From a virus (lineage: Duplodnaviria > Caudoviricetes): a DNA stretch of 60,560 nucleotides. How positions within the stretch are numbered: the stretch's first letter is position 1; each line of letters begins with the position of its first letter. The stretch covers positions 1 through 60,560 of the IMG/VR virus record IMGVR_UViG_3300005512_000032; one strand, given 5' to 3'. Positions 37,977 to 47,345 of the stretch are shown here, one piece after another. A program made the position numbers and the translations under genes. The notes below the pieces were generated by a model. That model was not told where the DNA came from. It did no database searches and worked only from the letters and a program-made list of their open reading frames with translations.

Positions 37977-38161
37977 GTCTCCACTTCCTTCTTCTTCCAA
38001 AAACGTTTGCCAGTGGGCGTCAAAGAAAACCCGTCAGGAAATGACTGGTCCTGCTTGAGTATCTTGTAGATGTACGCCCTGCTCTTGTTCAGGTAGTCGG
38101 CGATCTGTCGCGCAGACATCACCTCCTCACCCGCTATTTGTTCGAATTGACCTTCAGCCAC
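37940..38161 (-). CDS. AlpA/excisionase-like HTH DNA-binding protein
   Basis: MSARQIADYL..SRAYIY...FP......W.K.EVE.W. Confidence 0.7.
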   Translation of the reverse strand: MAEGQFEQIAGEEVMSARQIADYLNKSRAYIYKILKQDQSFPDGFSLTPTGKRFWKKKEVETWIRQKMNGTSH

Positions 38162-38568
38162 TCTGTAAACTCCTCTCTCATGTCGATAAAAGCCATGCGT
38201 GCGTGCACGTTGTTGTCAAACTCAGACCTTGATTCGATTCCAAGGCGCCCCTTCAACACATGTACCGTATTGGACTCATTAACGTCCATTAAGGTGTCCA
38301 AAAGAACCCATTTCTGGAACTTCGGATTACGACACAGCGCACCGCACGATGACTTGAGCTTTTCAATCTCAGACTTGTTGTTCATTTCAACCGGTTGTTC
38401 GTTCTCATCGAGGCGAACCATGGCCACCATGTAACGAGAGCCGACCCAGTCTGAATACAGACTGTCCGGCACATCGTCAGGGTGAATTCCAAGGCGTAGA
38501 ACAGTTCCGTCCTTGCTCTGGCTCATAGAAATCTTGACCGCCTCAAAGTGGGCGGCATCTATTACCAT
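38134..38568 (-). CDS. Hypothetical protein
   Basis: In-line ORF; GI.SR.E motif. Confidence 0.55.
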   Translation of the reverse strand: MVIDAAHFEAVKISMSQSKDGTVLRLGIHPDDVPDSLYSDWVGSRYMVAMVRLDENEQPVEMNNKSEIEKLKSSCGALCRNPKFQKWVLLDTLMDVNESNTVHVLKGRLGIESRSEFDNNVHARMAFIDMREEFTEWLKVNSNK

Positions 38569-38774
38569 CGTGAAGAAACCTCTGCATCAACGCTCGAGTC
38601 TATAAGATCTATATCTCCAAGACTGTAGCCTGATCTGCTCAGTGTTTCCTGACGGGTGCGCTCTTGTTTCTCAGCCTTGATCCACGCCTCTTCAGCGTTG
38701 CGTGCAGACACGGCGCGAGACCGAATAAACTCAGCAGAGTACGTCACAATAAACTTTTTATTTTTTTTCGACAT
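38562..38774 (-). CDS. Hypothetical protein
   Basis: Coupled ORF with GGAG RBS. Confidence 0.5.
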   Translation of the reverse strand: MSKKNKKFIVTYSAEFIRSRAVSARNAEEAWIKAEKQERTRQETLSRSGYSLGDIDLIDSSVDAEVSSRW

Positions 38775-39082
38775 TACAATCTCCCCAAAATTGGAGCACT
38801 GATGTTGCGAAGATACTGCACCGAGTTCTTCATGAAGCTCTCAGCATCAGGTGAGTCCGCAGTGGACTGCATGACTGCTGAAGTGCTTGCCCGAGACATC
38901 ACAGCTATCTGAGCCTTGTAAAGAGCGTGTGTTAGCTCGGCCGCAGTGGTGAAGTTCAAACCATCAATGACAACCTCGTCATCAATCTGAACGCTGATTG
39001 CACCTGAATGCGTTCCGTTCTTGGCAACAAGATATGTGATTGTCTTGTCACCAAACTTTTCTTCCATCTTAAATCCACTCAT
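38774..39082 (-). CDS. Hypothetical protein
   Basis: Coupled ORF with GAGGAG RBS. Confidence 0.5.
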   Translation of the reverse strand: MSGFKMEEKFGDKTITYLVAKNGTHSGAISVQIDDEVVIDGLNFTTAAELTHALYKAQIAVMSRASTSAVMQSTADSPDAESFMKNSVQYLRNISAPILGRL

Positions 39083-39345
39083 TGTTCGTACTCCTCGTAC
39101 AATTGTTGGGCGATCTCCAGAGGGTCAATCCCCTGAAGATCCCACCAAGTTCGTTCGTCTCCGAAAGCGTGCAATTCCATGTGATGTGCGTGGCACAAAG
39201 GGACGCACCAGTTGTCGCCAACCTTCAGGCTTAAACCATTCGGCTGGGCGTAGGTGACGTGGTGCGCCTCCCCTTCGTGCTTGCAAACCAGACATGGCCT
39301 TCCACGTATAGTCCACAGATACTTCTCAGAACGGTATCTTGTCAT
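39079..39345 (-). CDS. DUF968/HNH-like zinc-binding protein
   Basis: PCLVC...AHH and D.WCVPLC..HH.ELH..G motifs. Confidence 0.7.
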   Translation of the reverse strand: MTRYRSEKYLWTIRGRPCLVCKHEGEAHHVTYAQPNGLSLKVGDNWCVPLCHAHHMELHAFGDERTWWDLQGIDPLEIAQQLYEEYEQ

Positions 39346-39628
39346 CGGAAGTATGTGGTGCAGACTGTGGTGCAGACTGTGGTTGGTCTTCAGGCTTCAC
39401 ATACGGCTTGCTCGCACTCAATGAAATGTAATTGCCTGCACGGTCCGAGGACTTGTTCCAGCCAACCACTTCCATCTTGCCAAACTGCTCACCGTTGTTG
39501 ACCTGATTGACCAACTCCTTGATCAAGTCGCGGTCAATCTCAAGATTGCCACGGTGATCAGGGTGAGTGTCTTTTTCTTTGCGTTGATTTACAAACAACG
39601 CGCCACGGGGTTTATCATACTGAGCCAT
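39326..39628 (-). CDS. Putative ssDNA-binding protein
   Basis: GALF.N..K....HPD.RG motif; acidic DDKIPF tail; adjacent to the SSAP. Confidence 0.65.
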   Translation of the reverse strand: MAQYDKPRGALFVNQRKEKDTHPDHRGNLEIDRDLIKELVNQVNNGEQFGKMEVVGWNKSSDRAGNYISLSASKPYVKPEDQPQSAPQSAPHTSDDKIPF

Positions 39629-40274
39629 TCTCTGTCTCCTTCAGTTTTCCAGCTACTTTCATGAATGCGTCATAGACCACCTTGTAATCCTCGGGCCGGT
39701 GTTTCTCCAGATCCGACAGTGGTTTTTTGTTCATCGCCCAGAACTGACGCAGTTCCTGAAGCGATGTCTTGCCATTGATGTCTGTCATGAAGGTCAAAAA
39801 AATGTCCTTCAGGGCCGACAGATCATCGACAATTTGGGTTTCGCCTTCCAAGTCTTTGACCTCGTAAGTTTTCTTAGTGTCAGGGTTCTCTGTTTCCCCC
39901 TGATAAATGTACATGCCAAGGCCCATGTACGCCAAGCATTTCACAAGGCAACGTTGGTAGGCTGAGTTAATATCGAACGCGTTCGGGCTCGCCACCGGCT
40001 TGTTCTTGTAATCCAGAACAGGCAATATCTCCTCCACCATTTCGATGTAGCCTGCCGGATCTCCTTCAGGCGGGATCCAGACCCGGACGCAAACCATGCA
40101 CGTGCCATCATCAAACTTGACCAGATCTAGTTTGTCGAACCGAGCTGTGGGGTAGTGCTTCTTCAGCGTGCCCCAAGCCCAAGCCCAAGAGAGATAAGTC
40201 AACCCGTTCTTAGTCTCGGTGTGATCGTTACAATCAATCACCGAAAGGGTGTCCCACACAGATTTATTTTGCAT
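39615..40274 (-). CDS. Sak/Rad52-like single-strand annealing protein (DUF1071)
   Basis: LTYLSWAWAW, LPVLDYKNK and INSA.QRCLVK...GLG.YIY.GE motifs. Confidence 0.8.
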   Translation of the reverse strand: MQNKSVWDTLSVIDCNDHTETKNGLTYLSWAWAWGTLKKHYPTARFDKLDLVKFDDGTCMVCVRVWIPPEGDPAGYIEMVEEILPVLDYKNKPVASPNAFDINSAYQRCLVKCLAYMGLGMYIYQGETENPDTKKTYEVKDLEGETQIVDDLSALKDIFLTFMTDINGKTSLQELRQFWAMNKKPLSDLEKHRPEDYKVVYDAFMKVAGKLKETENGSV

Positions 40275-40650
40275 ACTTAGTGCCCTTGAAAATTTTGTCG
40301 TGCAACTCACGACCCATCTGGCTTGGGTACATTTTGGTGAGCAATGCGCGCTTTTTTGAGTACGTCAGTTTACCGTCTCGCCACATAGCTCTCAGATGAC
40401 CTTCCTTAGTCCCGCCTTCTTTGCGAATCAATCGAGCGATTCTCTTGGCCATTTTCAGCGTTTCATCATTGGTAGTTTTTTCGTACGACCGTTTCTCTTC
40501 CGGGCTGGACTCTTCCATGATAAGTTGCCCCGAAACAGAGCTCATCTTTTCTCGCAGGTTTTTCAAAACCTGTAGTTGATAGGCGTGATGCTTCAGCATC
40601 TGTGACACTTGATCAATTTCTTGATCGATAATTTTCACTGCGTCAGACAT
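40264..40650 (-). CDS. Hypothetical protein
   Basis: AAGGAG RBS before MSDAVK. Confidence 0.5.
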   Translation of the reverse strand: MSDAVKIIDQEIDQVSQMLKHHAYQLQVLKNLREKMSSVSGQLIMEESSPEEKRSYEKTTNDETLKMAKRIARLIRKEGGTKEGHLRAMWRDGKLTYSKKRALLTKMYPSQMGRELHDKIFKGTKYAK

Positions 40651-41539
40651 TTTCGTCTCCTTTGTATTGCTCACAAAACTCTGCGACCCCGCAGAAATTA
40701 CCTGCACACCGGATGAATTCACCTTTTCTGTGGTCCACATATAGGCCATCTGGCTTGTCCGCGACTTTTATATGAAGCATTGCTTCTTCTTCTGTGTCGT
40801 AGACCTTGATTGCAGTCTTTCGGCCGTCTCTCATCACGGCCCACTTGCTTGGCTTCGCCCATCGCTCCTCATCTGTACACAGCGGAAGAGGATCCGCGAA
40901 ATCAAACGTGGTTTGAGCGGACTGATGCTTGATCACCCGCTCCAAAACGTATTCCTCTTGCTTCTCGTAGTCCCAAACCGGGACATCGATCACAGCAATA
41001 GGAGAATCAGGATAATTATCGTCATAGCTTGCTTTTCTCCGACTCCAGTCACGCACGAACGCACAGATCTGTAGGTCCGTGACCTCGATCTGCTTCTCAC
41101 GGCGGATCAGCCATGCGTAACAGTTCAATTGACGCTCCCAGTCTGGTTTATTAGAAAGCACAGACCACACAGAGCACACCTTGTAATCCATCAGCGCCAA
41201 GGTGCCATCAGACTTCGTTCTCTGTACATCGATGGCGCCCGAAAGAGTCCAGTTGTTGAACTTGGTAAAGATACGCTCCTCATGCACCGTGTCAGGCGTC
41301 TCACCCGCCTCTTCCAGTATGTGATGGACCGCAGTACCAAACAAAGACCACACCCTTTCAGAGAGGTCCACAGATAACTCTTTGGCGTGCAGTTCTCTCA
41401 GCTTGTTAATACGAGGGGCATCAATTAGAGTTGTGACGCTGATGTCCGCATCACCTCTGGAGTATTTATCCGAACGGGCAAACCGCTCGATCTGCTCAGG
41501 CAAGTTGTAGAGATTGGTTATAATCACAGGGCCTCCCAT
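40643..41539 (-). CDS. PD-(D/E)XK (Cas4/RecB-like) exonuclease
   Basis: GTAVH, E.R, LSGAID, DYK and QLN.Y motifs; C-terminal Cys cluster. Confidence 0.8.
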   Translation of the reverse strand: MGGPVIITNLYNLPEQIERFARSDKYSRGDADISVTTLIDAPRINKLRELHAKELSVDLSERVWSLFGTAVHHILEEAGETPDTVHEERIFTKFNNWTLSGAIDVQRTKSDGTLALMDYKVCSVWSVLSNKPDWERQLNCYAWLIRREKQIEVTDLQICAFVRDWSRRKASYDDNYPDSPIAVIDVPVWDYEKQEEYVLERVIKHQSAQTTFDFADPLPLCTDEERWAKPSKWAVMRDGRKTAIKVYDTEEEAMLHIKVADKPDGLYVDHRKGEFIRCAGNFCGVAEFCEQYKGDENV

Positions 41540-41545
41540 TCATCA

Positions 41546-41983
41546 GTGGGCAAAGGTTACTACCGTCAACAAAGGAGCACAAGAGTGTCTGAAAAAAAAA
41601 GTGAAAGACACATTGCCACATTCATGATAGAAGGTGAACCGGCGTCTAAAGCAAACTCGCGTAGAATGGTAGTCATTAAGGGAAAGCCTCGCTTTATAAA
41701 ATCTCAAAAGGCGTTAGACTACTGCAAGAGTTTCAAGGCGCAGTGTCCAAGACTAGATGAGCCTGTTGAGTGCGATGTTTCCGTGACAATACATGTGTAC
41801 TACGCATCGCGCAGACCTGATCTAGACGAGTCAGTGATACTGGATGAGATGCAGGAGTGCATATACAAAAATGACAGACAGGTAAAGGAAAAGCATGTCT
41901 ACTGGCATCTCGACCGAGACAATCCAAGATCACTCATCCTCGTTGAAACTTTGGAGAGCGGTCCTGACCCAAGCGGTCATTGA
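41546..41983 (+). CDS. rusA: RusA-like Holliday junction resolvase
   Basis: GEPASKAN, RRPDLD, ILD and NDRQV motifs. Confidence 0.75.
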   Translation: MGKGYYRQQRSTRVSEKKSERHIATFMIEGEPASKANSRRMVVIKGKPRFIKSQKALDYCKSFKAQCPRLDEPVECDVSVTIHVYYASRRPDLDESVILDEMQECIYKNDRQVKEKHVYWHLDRDNPRSLILVETLESGPDPSGH

Positions 41984-42182
41984 CTCTTATAGCGCAAAGA
42001 GACACTATCGCCTGCCTGTCGCACGATGGGCGGTCAGTGATGACTTTGAAATCGTGTGCGGTATGGCCAACATGAGTCACCACACCATTAGAAAATGTTT
42101 GGCCGAAGTGTTAGGTGAGCAAGGCTCTATTCGAGCAGAAGTGATCGGCAAGAAAATCATTGCCGAACTCGAAGAGATATAA
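41895..42182 (+). CDS. Hypothetical protein
   Basis: LWRAVL.QA..D and DF..VC..A motifs. Confidence 0.5.
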   Translation: MSTGISTETIQDHSSSLKLWRAVLTQAVIDSYSAKRHYRLPVARWAVSDDFEIVCGMANMSHHTIRKCLAEVLGEQGSIRAEVIGKKIIAELEEI

Positions 42183-42193
42183 CGGGAGACAGC

Positions 42194-43936
42194 ATGAATA
42201 TCGATGGCACTATTGCGTCTTACGCAAGGTCTTTAAGCCTCGGTCAGTATAAAAAACCGTGCCCTCGGTGCGGTCAACATCGCAAAAAAAAGAGTGATCC
42301 ATCTCTATCAATCAACGTTCAGCCGGACTGCATGGTGTACAAGTGTCACCACTGTGGACTGACTGGCCGCCACAATTTTGAGGAACGTACAGTGCAAGCA
42401 GTGAAGCCCAGAACCGTAAATAAAGAAGACTTAACCAAACAATCTCTCGAGTGGCTACAGAAACGCGGCCTGTCGAAAGAAACTGCTGAGTCGCTGGGTC
42501 TGTATTCCTGTTCGTATTGGATCAATTCTGAGGGCGCTCATGTGCCCTGTGTTGCATTCCCGTACACCATTGACGGTCAAGAGGCCGGCGCCAAGATCAG
42601 ATCGGTGAACGGTAAGGGTTTCTCTTGCACCGCTCCACTGCGAAGTTTCTACAACATCGACTCCATCAAAGAGGGTGACACGGTCTACATCGTGGAAGGT
42701 GAGATGGATGCGTTAAGCCTCAAAGAGATCGGGATTGACACAGCTCTGAGTGTGCCCAACGGTGCGGTTGCCAAGGTCAAAGACCACACGCCAGACCCGG
42801 ACGAGGACGTGACCTTCTCGTTTCTGTGGGAAGCCCGAGATAAAATCCTGAAAGCAGACAAGATTGTCATCGCCACAGACAACGACAAGAACGGCAAAGC
42901 CATGGCCGAAGAACTGGCTCGCCGGATTGGTAAGGACCGTTGCTGGCGAATCGATTACCCGGATGGGTACAAAGACTGCAATGAAATTCTGATTGGGGAG
43001 GGGCCCGAAGTATTACTGGAGTTGGTCACCAACCCATCACCATGGCCTGTCTCTGGGATCTATGACGCCAAACACTTCACCGAACAGGTGATGGACATCT
43101 ATCAGCACGGCTTTGGTAAGGGTTATTCCACTGGATACGAAGAGGTTGATGACATCTACACCGTGGTTGGCGGACAGCTCACAGTGGTCACCGGCATGCC
43201 AAGCTCAGGCAAATCAGAGTTCATCGATCAGGTCATGATGAATCTCGCGGACAAGGAGGACTTAAAGTTTGCCATCTGTTCGTTCGAGAACGAGCCCAGA
43301 CTGCATATCGCAAAGTTGATTTCGAAGTATATCGGCAAGCCATTCTTTGACGGGCAAAACGAGCGCGTGTCCCCAGACGAGCGCGACTCCGCACTGTCGT
43401 TCATCAATGACCACTTTACGTTCCTGTATCAGGCGGACGGGTCCATGACATCCTTGGATGACATCATCACACGGCTTAAGGTAGCGGTCATGCGACATGG
43501 TATTTCGGGCGCGGTCATTGACCCTTACAACTACATTGCCCGCCCGAAAGATACCAGTGAGACTGACTGGATCAGTGAGATGCTGACCCGACTGCGTGTG
43601 TTCGCACAAGCCCACGACATTCACATCTGGTTTGTGGCACACCCAACCAAGATGCCTCGTGGAGAGAACGGCCGGTTGCCAATACCAAAAGGTAACGACA
43701 TCTCGGGATCTGCGGCGTGGTTTGCGAAAACAGACTGCGGAATTACCATTCATCGGACTGACTCTATGTCCGACAGAACACAGGTGCACGTGTGGAAGTG
43801 TCGGTTCTCTTGGATCGGTCAGATTGGCGAAGCCGAACTAATGTTTGATCGAATATCTTCACAGTACCGGCCTGTGCCTTTGTACCACTACATCGAACCA
43901 CCGAAAGACTTCGAGCCAATCAGTGCCGACTTCTGA
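42194..43936 (+). CDS. Bifunctional primase-helicase (T7 gp4/Twinkle-like)
   Basis: Zn finger CPRC..CHHC; TOPRIM EGEMD, SVPNGA, DND and KD.NE; Walker A GMPSSGKS; IDPYN; VAHP; ISGS. Confidence 0.92.
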   Translation: MNIDGTIASYARSLSLGQYKKPCPRCGQHRKKKSDPSLSINVQPDCMVYKCHHCGLTGRHNFEERTVQAVKPRTVNKEDLTKQSLEWLQKRGLSKETAESLGLYSCSYWINSEGAHVPCVAFPYTIDGQEAGAKIRSVNGKGFSCTAPLRSFYNIDSIKEGDTVYIVEGEMDALSLKEIGIDTALSVPNGAVAKVKDHTPDPDEDVTFSFLWEARDKILKADKIVIATDNDKNGKAMAEELARRIGKDRCWRIDYPDGYKDCNEILIGEGPEVLLELVTNPSPWPVSGIYDAKHFTEQVMDIYQHGFGKGYSTGYEEVDDIYTVVGGQLTVVTGMPSSGKSEFIDQVMMNLADKEDLKFAICSFENEPRLHIAKLISKYIGKPFFDGQNERVSPDERDSALSFINDHFTFLYQADGSMTSLDDIITRLKVAVMRHGISGAVIDPYNYIARPKDTSETDWISEMLTRLRVFAQAHDIHIWFVAHPTKMPRGENGRLPIPKGNDISGSAAWFAKTDCGITIHRTDSMSDRTQVHVWKCRFSWIGQIGEAELMFDRISSQYRPVPLYHYIEPPKDFEPISADF

Positions 43937-43955
43937 GCCTAGACGCCGTGACGAC

Positions 43956-44297
43956 ATGTGGGAAATTGACCGCATGTTGTTGCGGGGAGTCATTGATTTG
44001 AATGAACACTCCACACTGGAGCAGTTCTGTCATGATCTGCACATGACTCACGCGTTTGGCATTCCTCCTCAGACCATGGAGGTTAAGTCGCACTCATCCA
44101 TCCCCTCATCAGGGACACAGCGCGAAGCGTTTGCCATCAAGAAATTATCAAGAGCCCGAAAGAAATTAAAAGCATGTTCGATTGAAGTGGATCGAGAGAT
44201 GATGGATTTAGGGCTCGACGTGGCCCGAAGATATGACCCTTGGTTGGTCAAGATTGGAGTGGAATGTTTACACGATTTTTATGCGGAGTGGGGTTAG
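43956..44297 (+). CDS. Hypothetical protein
   Basis: ORF following the helicase; start position uncertain. Confidence 0.4.
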   Translation: MWEIDRMLLRGVIDLNEHSTLEQFCHDLHMTHAFGIPPQTMEVKSHSSIPSSGTQREAFAIKKLSRARKKLKACSIEVDREMMDLGLDVARRYDPWLVKIGVECLHDFYAEWG

Positions 44298-44563
44298 GCG
44301 CCAATCACCCAGTCACCATCACGATCCAGTGACAGGTTCACCTCACCGTTCTTAATGATCTGATTGAGCTCGAGCTCGTTCTTCAGATGGATCAGCCACG
44401 TATGACTGGGCATCCGATACAACACGCCCGAATCAGCAAGACGCTTGATCTCAGTCGCAGTCTCCATCATGTCCGCCATCCCTGTTTGGATCTTAATCAG
44501 CGAGACAAGGTCAGGATAACCATCGACAGGATCGGTTGCGTACAACTGGCCGTCACCTTTCAT
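44294..44563 (-). CDS. Hypothetical protein
   Basis: GGGGG RBS; convergent with the replication genes. Confidence 0.5.
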   Translation of the reverse strand: MKGDGQLYATDPVDGYPDLVSLIKIQTGMADMMETATEIKRLADSGVLYRMPSHTWLIHLKNELELNQIIKNGEVNLSLDRDGDWVIGA

Positions 44564-44603
44564 AAAAATACCCCCAACTGCATTATATCATCGTGTGATA
44601 GGC

Positions 44604-44632
44604 AAAAAAAAAGCCCCGCCCGAAGGCGAGGC
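44604..44632 (-). terminator. Rho-independent terminator ending the putative early operon
   Basis: - strand GCCTCGCC-TTCG-GGCGGGGC followed by T9. Confidence 0.85.
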
Positions 44633-44794
44633 AGTCGTTCGAGTAATTCATTGGCCTATGACTGGCGCCCTATAAAGCCAGCAGGCGGCCCAACTTACCC
44701 TCACTTGTTCAGGATCTATTCTAAGGGGCCCAAGCAGTGAGACATCACTCGCGGTTAGACCGTGACCAGCGGCCTTGGGATTTTGCCGCCTCCC

Positions 44795-44902
44795 CTAAAA
44801 TTTCCACTTGTCTTCATCGTCCGCAAACAGGACGTAAAGCGCGAATCCTACCAGTAAGATGGTGCCCATCAGGACAGCCGATGCCATCGTTGTGTATTCC
44901 AT
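44795..44902 (-). CDS. 35-aa single-TM peptide
   Basis: MEYTTMASAVLMGTILLVGFALYVLFADDEDKWKF; GGAG RBS; TAATG coupling. Confidence 0.55.
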   Translation of the reverse strand: MEYTTMASAVLMGTILLVGFALYVLFADDEDKWKF

Positions 44903-45075
44903 TAGTCTTTATCTCCCCAGACCGAGTGGGCCTGTCTCGTTGAGTAACTCTTGTCGATCTCATCCCCTGACCAAGGGCGCAAACCCTCAGACAGCAGGAC
45001 GCCCACAAGAAGAACTAAAATGAATCCAACCATGAAAAGAATAAACATGAACCCTGCAACCATTGGATCTGTCAT
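44902..45075 (-). CDS. 57-aa single-TM protein
   Basis: MTDPMVAGFMFILFMVGFILVLLVGVLLSEG...; coupled to the upstream stop. Confidence 0.55.
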   Translation of the reverse strand: MTDPMVAGFMFILFMVGFILVLLVGVLLSEGLRPWSGDEIDKSYSTRQAHSVWGDKD

Positions 45076-45305
45076 CACAATCTCTCCCGGACGTGCTCGA
45101 GGAATGACGCGGCGGCGGATGATTGTTGAACCTTATTCAGTCCTGCCGTCTCGACAACCTCGATGGCCTCCCGAAGGCGGCCGATGTCTTCTGCAAGCGC
45201 CTCCACGGTTTGCGGATTGCTTGTCGCTTTTGCCTGAAACTCCATGTACTCCATGTCGGTCAGTGCGTTCTGCACCAACCGATGAACTGCTTCGTTAACC
45301 GTCAT
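45075..45305 (-). CDS. Hypothetical early protein
   Basis: GGGGAG RBS before MTVNEAV. Confidence 0.5.
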   Translation of the reverse strand: MTVNEAVHRLVQNALTDMEYMEFQAKATSNPQTVEALAEDIGRLREAIEVVETAGLNKVQQSSAAASFLEHVRERL

Positions 45306-45495
45306 TTGGTTTCTCCCCTGATTGAATGAGTGCCTCGCAAATTTTCTTTGCGTGCTCTCTGTCACATGCCTCACACCACAACTCTTTGCTTTCGCAAAAG
45401 GTGATGGTGATCCCGTTCTCTGTGCGGTCATACTGCCGCACGAAATATACCTTGTTGTCCTCAACCTGAAAACATGAAACGTCTTTGATCTTCAT
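45295..45495 (-). CDS. Hypothetical early protein
   Basis: Coupled ORF. Confidence 0.5.
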   Translation of the reverse strand: MKIKDVSCFQVEDNKVYFVRQYDRTENGITITFCESKELWCEACDREHAKKICEALIQSGEKPNDG

Positions 45496-45803
45496 TTTAC
45501 CGTCCCCCTTCTGCCAGCGCGAAGCGCGGCGTCCAGCCTTAATTGCCTGACGAGGTATCTCGCCTGATGCCGTGCGGTTTTCTTGGTTGGTGTGTGAAAC
45601 GCTGAAAAGAAACCAGAGGAGTAAACCAAACCGCCTCGTGGACCAAACGTCATGAACGCCTGATCGATCTCCCCTATAAGTTTGATCCGCAACCAGACCG
45701 CGCCAATGGCGGTCTCGTACGGCTCTGCTTCCAACGTGTACCCAGCTTCGGGCGCGAGATTTTCAACCGCCCGAAGTAATCTGTCTTGGAACTTGGTATA
45801 CAT
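45492..45803 (-). CDS. Hypothetical early protein
   Basis: AAGGAG RBS; GPRGG motif. Confidence 0.55.
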   Translation of the reverse strand: MYTKFQDRLLRAVENLAPEAGYTLEAEPYETAIGAVWLRIKLIGEIDQAFMTFGPRGGLVYSSGFFSAFHTPTKKTARHQARYLVRQLRLDAALRAGRRGTVK

Positions 45804-45814
45804 AACTAGCTCCT

Positions 45815-46030
45815 TTATCTAACCGTGAAATCACTGATGACTGAGTCGAAAGCGTCGATCTTTCTTTGAATTGCGCGCTTGTCTTCTTCCGAAAGCATGT
45901 CCATGTCCATGAGCTCCACATTACAAGACCTGCTGTCATGGAGTTTGCCCAGAAGAAGTTGATCCACAAGCGTCTCACCATCTTCGATGTATAATTCAGC
46001 CTTCACTGTGATTTGAATTTTGTCACTCAT
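45815..46030 (-). CDS. Hypothetical early protein
   Basis: GGGAG RBS. Confidence 0.5.
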   Translation of the reverse strand: MSDKIQITVKAELYIEDGETLVDQLLLGKLHDSRSCNVELMDMDMLSEEDKRAIQRKIDAFDSVISDFTVR

Positions 46031-46041
46031 TTCATTTCTCC

Positions 46042-46632
46042 CTAGTAGTTGTACTGCTCTGCACGGCGATCACGCACTTCTCGCTCGAACGCGATGTAGT
46101 GCTTGAACGTTGTTGGCTGAACATAACCCGGACCCTCGAGCCCATCGTAGAATGATTGAATCCATTCGGCCGCCTGAACCCAGTGGGTAAAGCGGTGAAT
46201 GTCATCACTCTCGCACTGGTCACAGTCACGTGACCATGAGTAGAAATAGATGCCGTCCTTAAACTCTTGATCAAGGCGCTGGAACATCCAGTCGAAAAGC
46301 TCGGTCAGTGACTGACGCTTTAAAGGCTTGATGTCATAGTACGAATACTTTGGAGCGCCGACATCAGTGCTGTCATCGATCTCATGCATCCACTTGTGAG
46401 ACGCCAGTGCGCGTGGGTAAAACCAACCCCTGCGAACTCGCCCGCGAACCAGACGCATGGTCTCTTCAGTCTCCTCTTTTGAATCAGCGTGAACAGTGCG
46501 GTAAGTTCTTAGATACTCCCGCGTGAAATCATTCCACAGATCGTCATAGGCGGTATGCATTTCAGCGAATGACTTGTCTTCGTTTGCCTCGTTCGAAAGA
46601 AGCGCGAAACAGATTTGATTGTAAAAGTTCAT
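46042..46632 (-). CDS. Hypothetical early protein
   Basis: GGGAGA RBS directly downstream of a hammerhead. Confidence 0.6.
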   Translation of the reverse strand: MNFYNQICFALLSNEANEDKSFAEMHTAYDDLWNDFTREYLRTYRTVHADSKEETEETMRLVRGRVRRGWFYPRALASHKWMHEIDDSTDVGAPKYSYYDIKPLKRQSLTELFDWMFQRLDQEFKDGIYFYSWSRDCDQCESDDIHRFTHWVQAAEWIQSFYDGLEGPGYVQPTTFKHYIAFEREVRDRRAEQYNY

Positions 46633-46654
46633 AGGTATTCTCCCAATTGATTGA

Positions 46655-46715
46655 GGCCTGTCTCATCAGATCGTGGGCGGCCATCCCACAATGACCCGCC
46701 GGAGCGGGTTTCGAC
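46655..46715 (-). ncRNA. Hammerhead ribozyme, type II (HH-E)
   Basis: - strand GUC GAAA CCCGC-UCCG-GCGGG UC^ AUUGUGGG-AUGGCCG-CCCACGAU CUGAUGA GAC AGGCC; predicted cut between 46693 and 46692. Confidence 0.93.
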
Positions 46716-47039
46716 TTACGCCATGACAACGTCATTGAACCAGTCTTCGATCCACTTGTCGCTGTTCGCTGGGTTCGCGTCAGGACGGGTGTAGTTCATC
46801 GAGTGATCCATGACTGTCTCGTCATCATTGACGAACAGATTGATGTGCGCCGAACCACGGTACACTCTGTCGTCCCCGTAGAATCTCAGCACAGGCAAAT
46901 CATCCAGTGCTTCGATCATGTCCTTGACTTCCTTGTAGCTCGAAGAGTTCTCAACCTCGAGCCCCTCCATGGAGACCACGTCAATCGTGAAACCGTGATC
47001 GTTCAGTGCGTGCTTGATCAGTGATAGATATGCTTTCAT
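46716..47039 (-). CDS. Hypothetical early protein
   Basis: Its stop codon abuts HH-E. Confidence 0.6.
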   Translation of the reverse strand: MKAYLSLIKHALNDHGFTIDVVSMEGLEVENSSSYKEVKDMIEALDDLPVLRFYGDDRVYRGSAHINLFVNDDETVMDHSMNYTRPDANPANSDKWIEDWFNDVVMA

Positions 47040-47275
47040 GACTTCCCCCGAATCAGGTGTGGTTCAACCAGAAACAAATTCTCTGGCGTGCAAGTTGATA
47101 CTGCGTAGTTGGCGCCATGGAACCGTACGCCTGACTCTCCGATCCAGCCCACGTCCTTGCACACGATGCGCTTGGGCGTGACTTTGGAGATCTCGTAGAC
47201 GCGGTCCTCGAGGCCGTTGATGTTCCAGACCAGTTGGCCTGCGCGTAGATTGTGCTGAATGTTGTTTGTGTTCAT
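47036..47275 (-). CDS. Hypothetical early protein
   Basis: RBS present; coupled to the next gene. Confidence 0.55.
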   Translation of the reverse strand: MNTNNIQHNLRAGQLVWNINGLEDRVYEISKVTPKRIVCKDVGWIGESGVRFHGANYAVSTCTPENLFLVEPHLIRGKS

Positions 47276-47305
47276 AGTGTTTCCCTGTTGCTTACTGAGT
47301 AAACG

Positions 47306-47345
47306 AATGAGGCGCCCGAAATATTTCAGACGCCTTCATTTTTTT
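47306..47345. terminator. Intergenic hairpin (terminator-like on +, or a processing stem)
   Basis: AATGAGGCGCCCGAA-ATAT-TTCAGACGCCTTCATT followed by a T run on the + strand. Confidence 0.45.

Noticed and set aside
41538-41550. CTGATGA on the - strand upstream of the exonuclease gene
   Set aside because: No GAAA core partner or flanking stems were found, so it is not a hammerhead.
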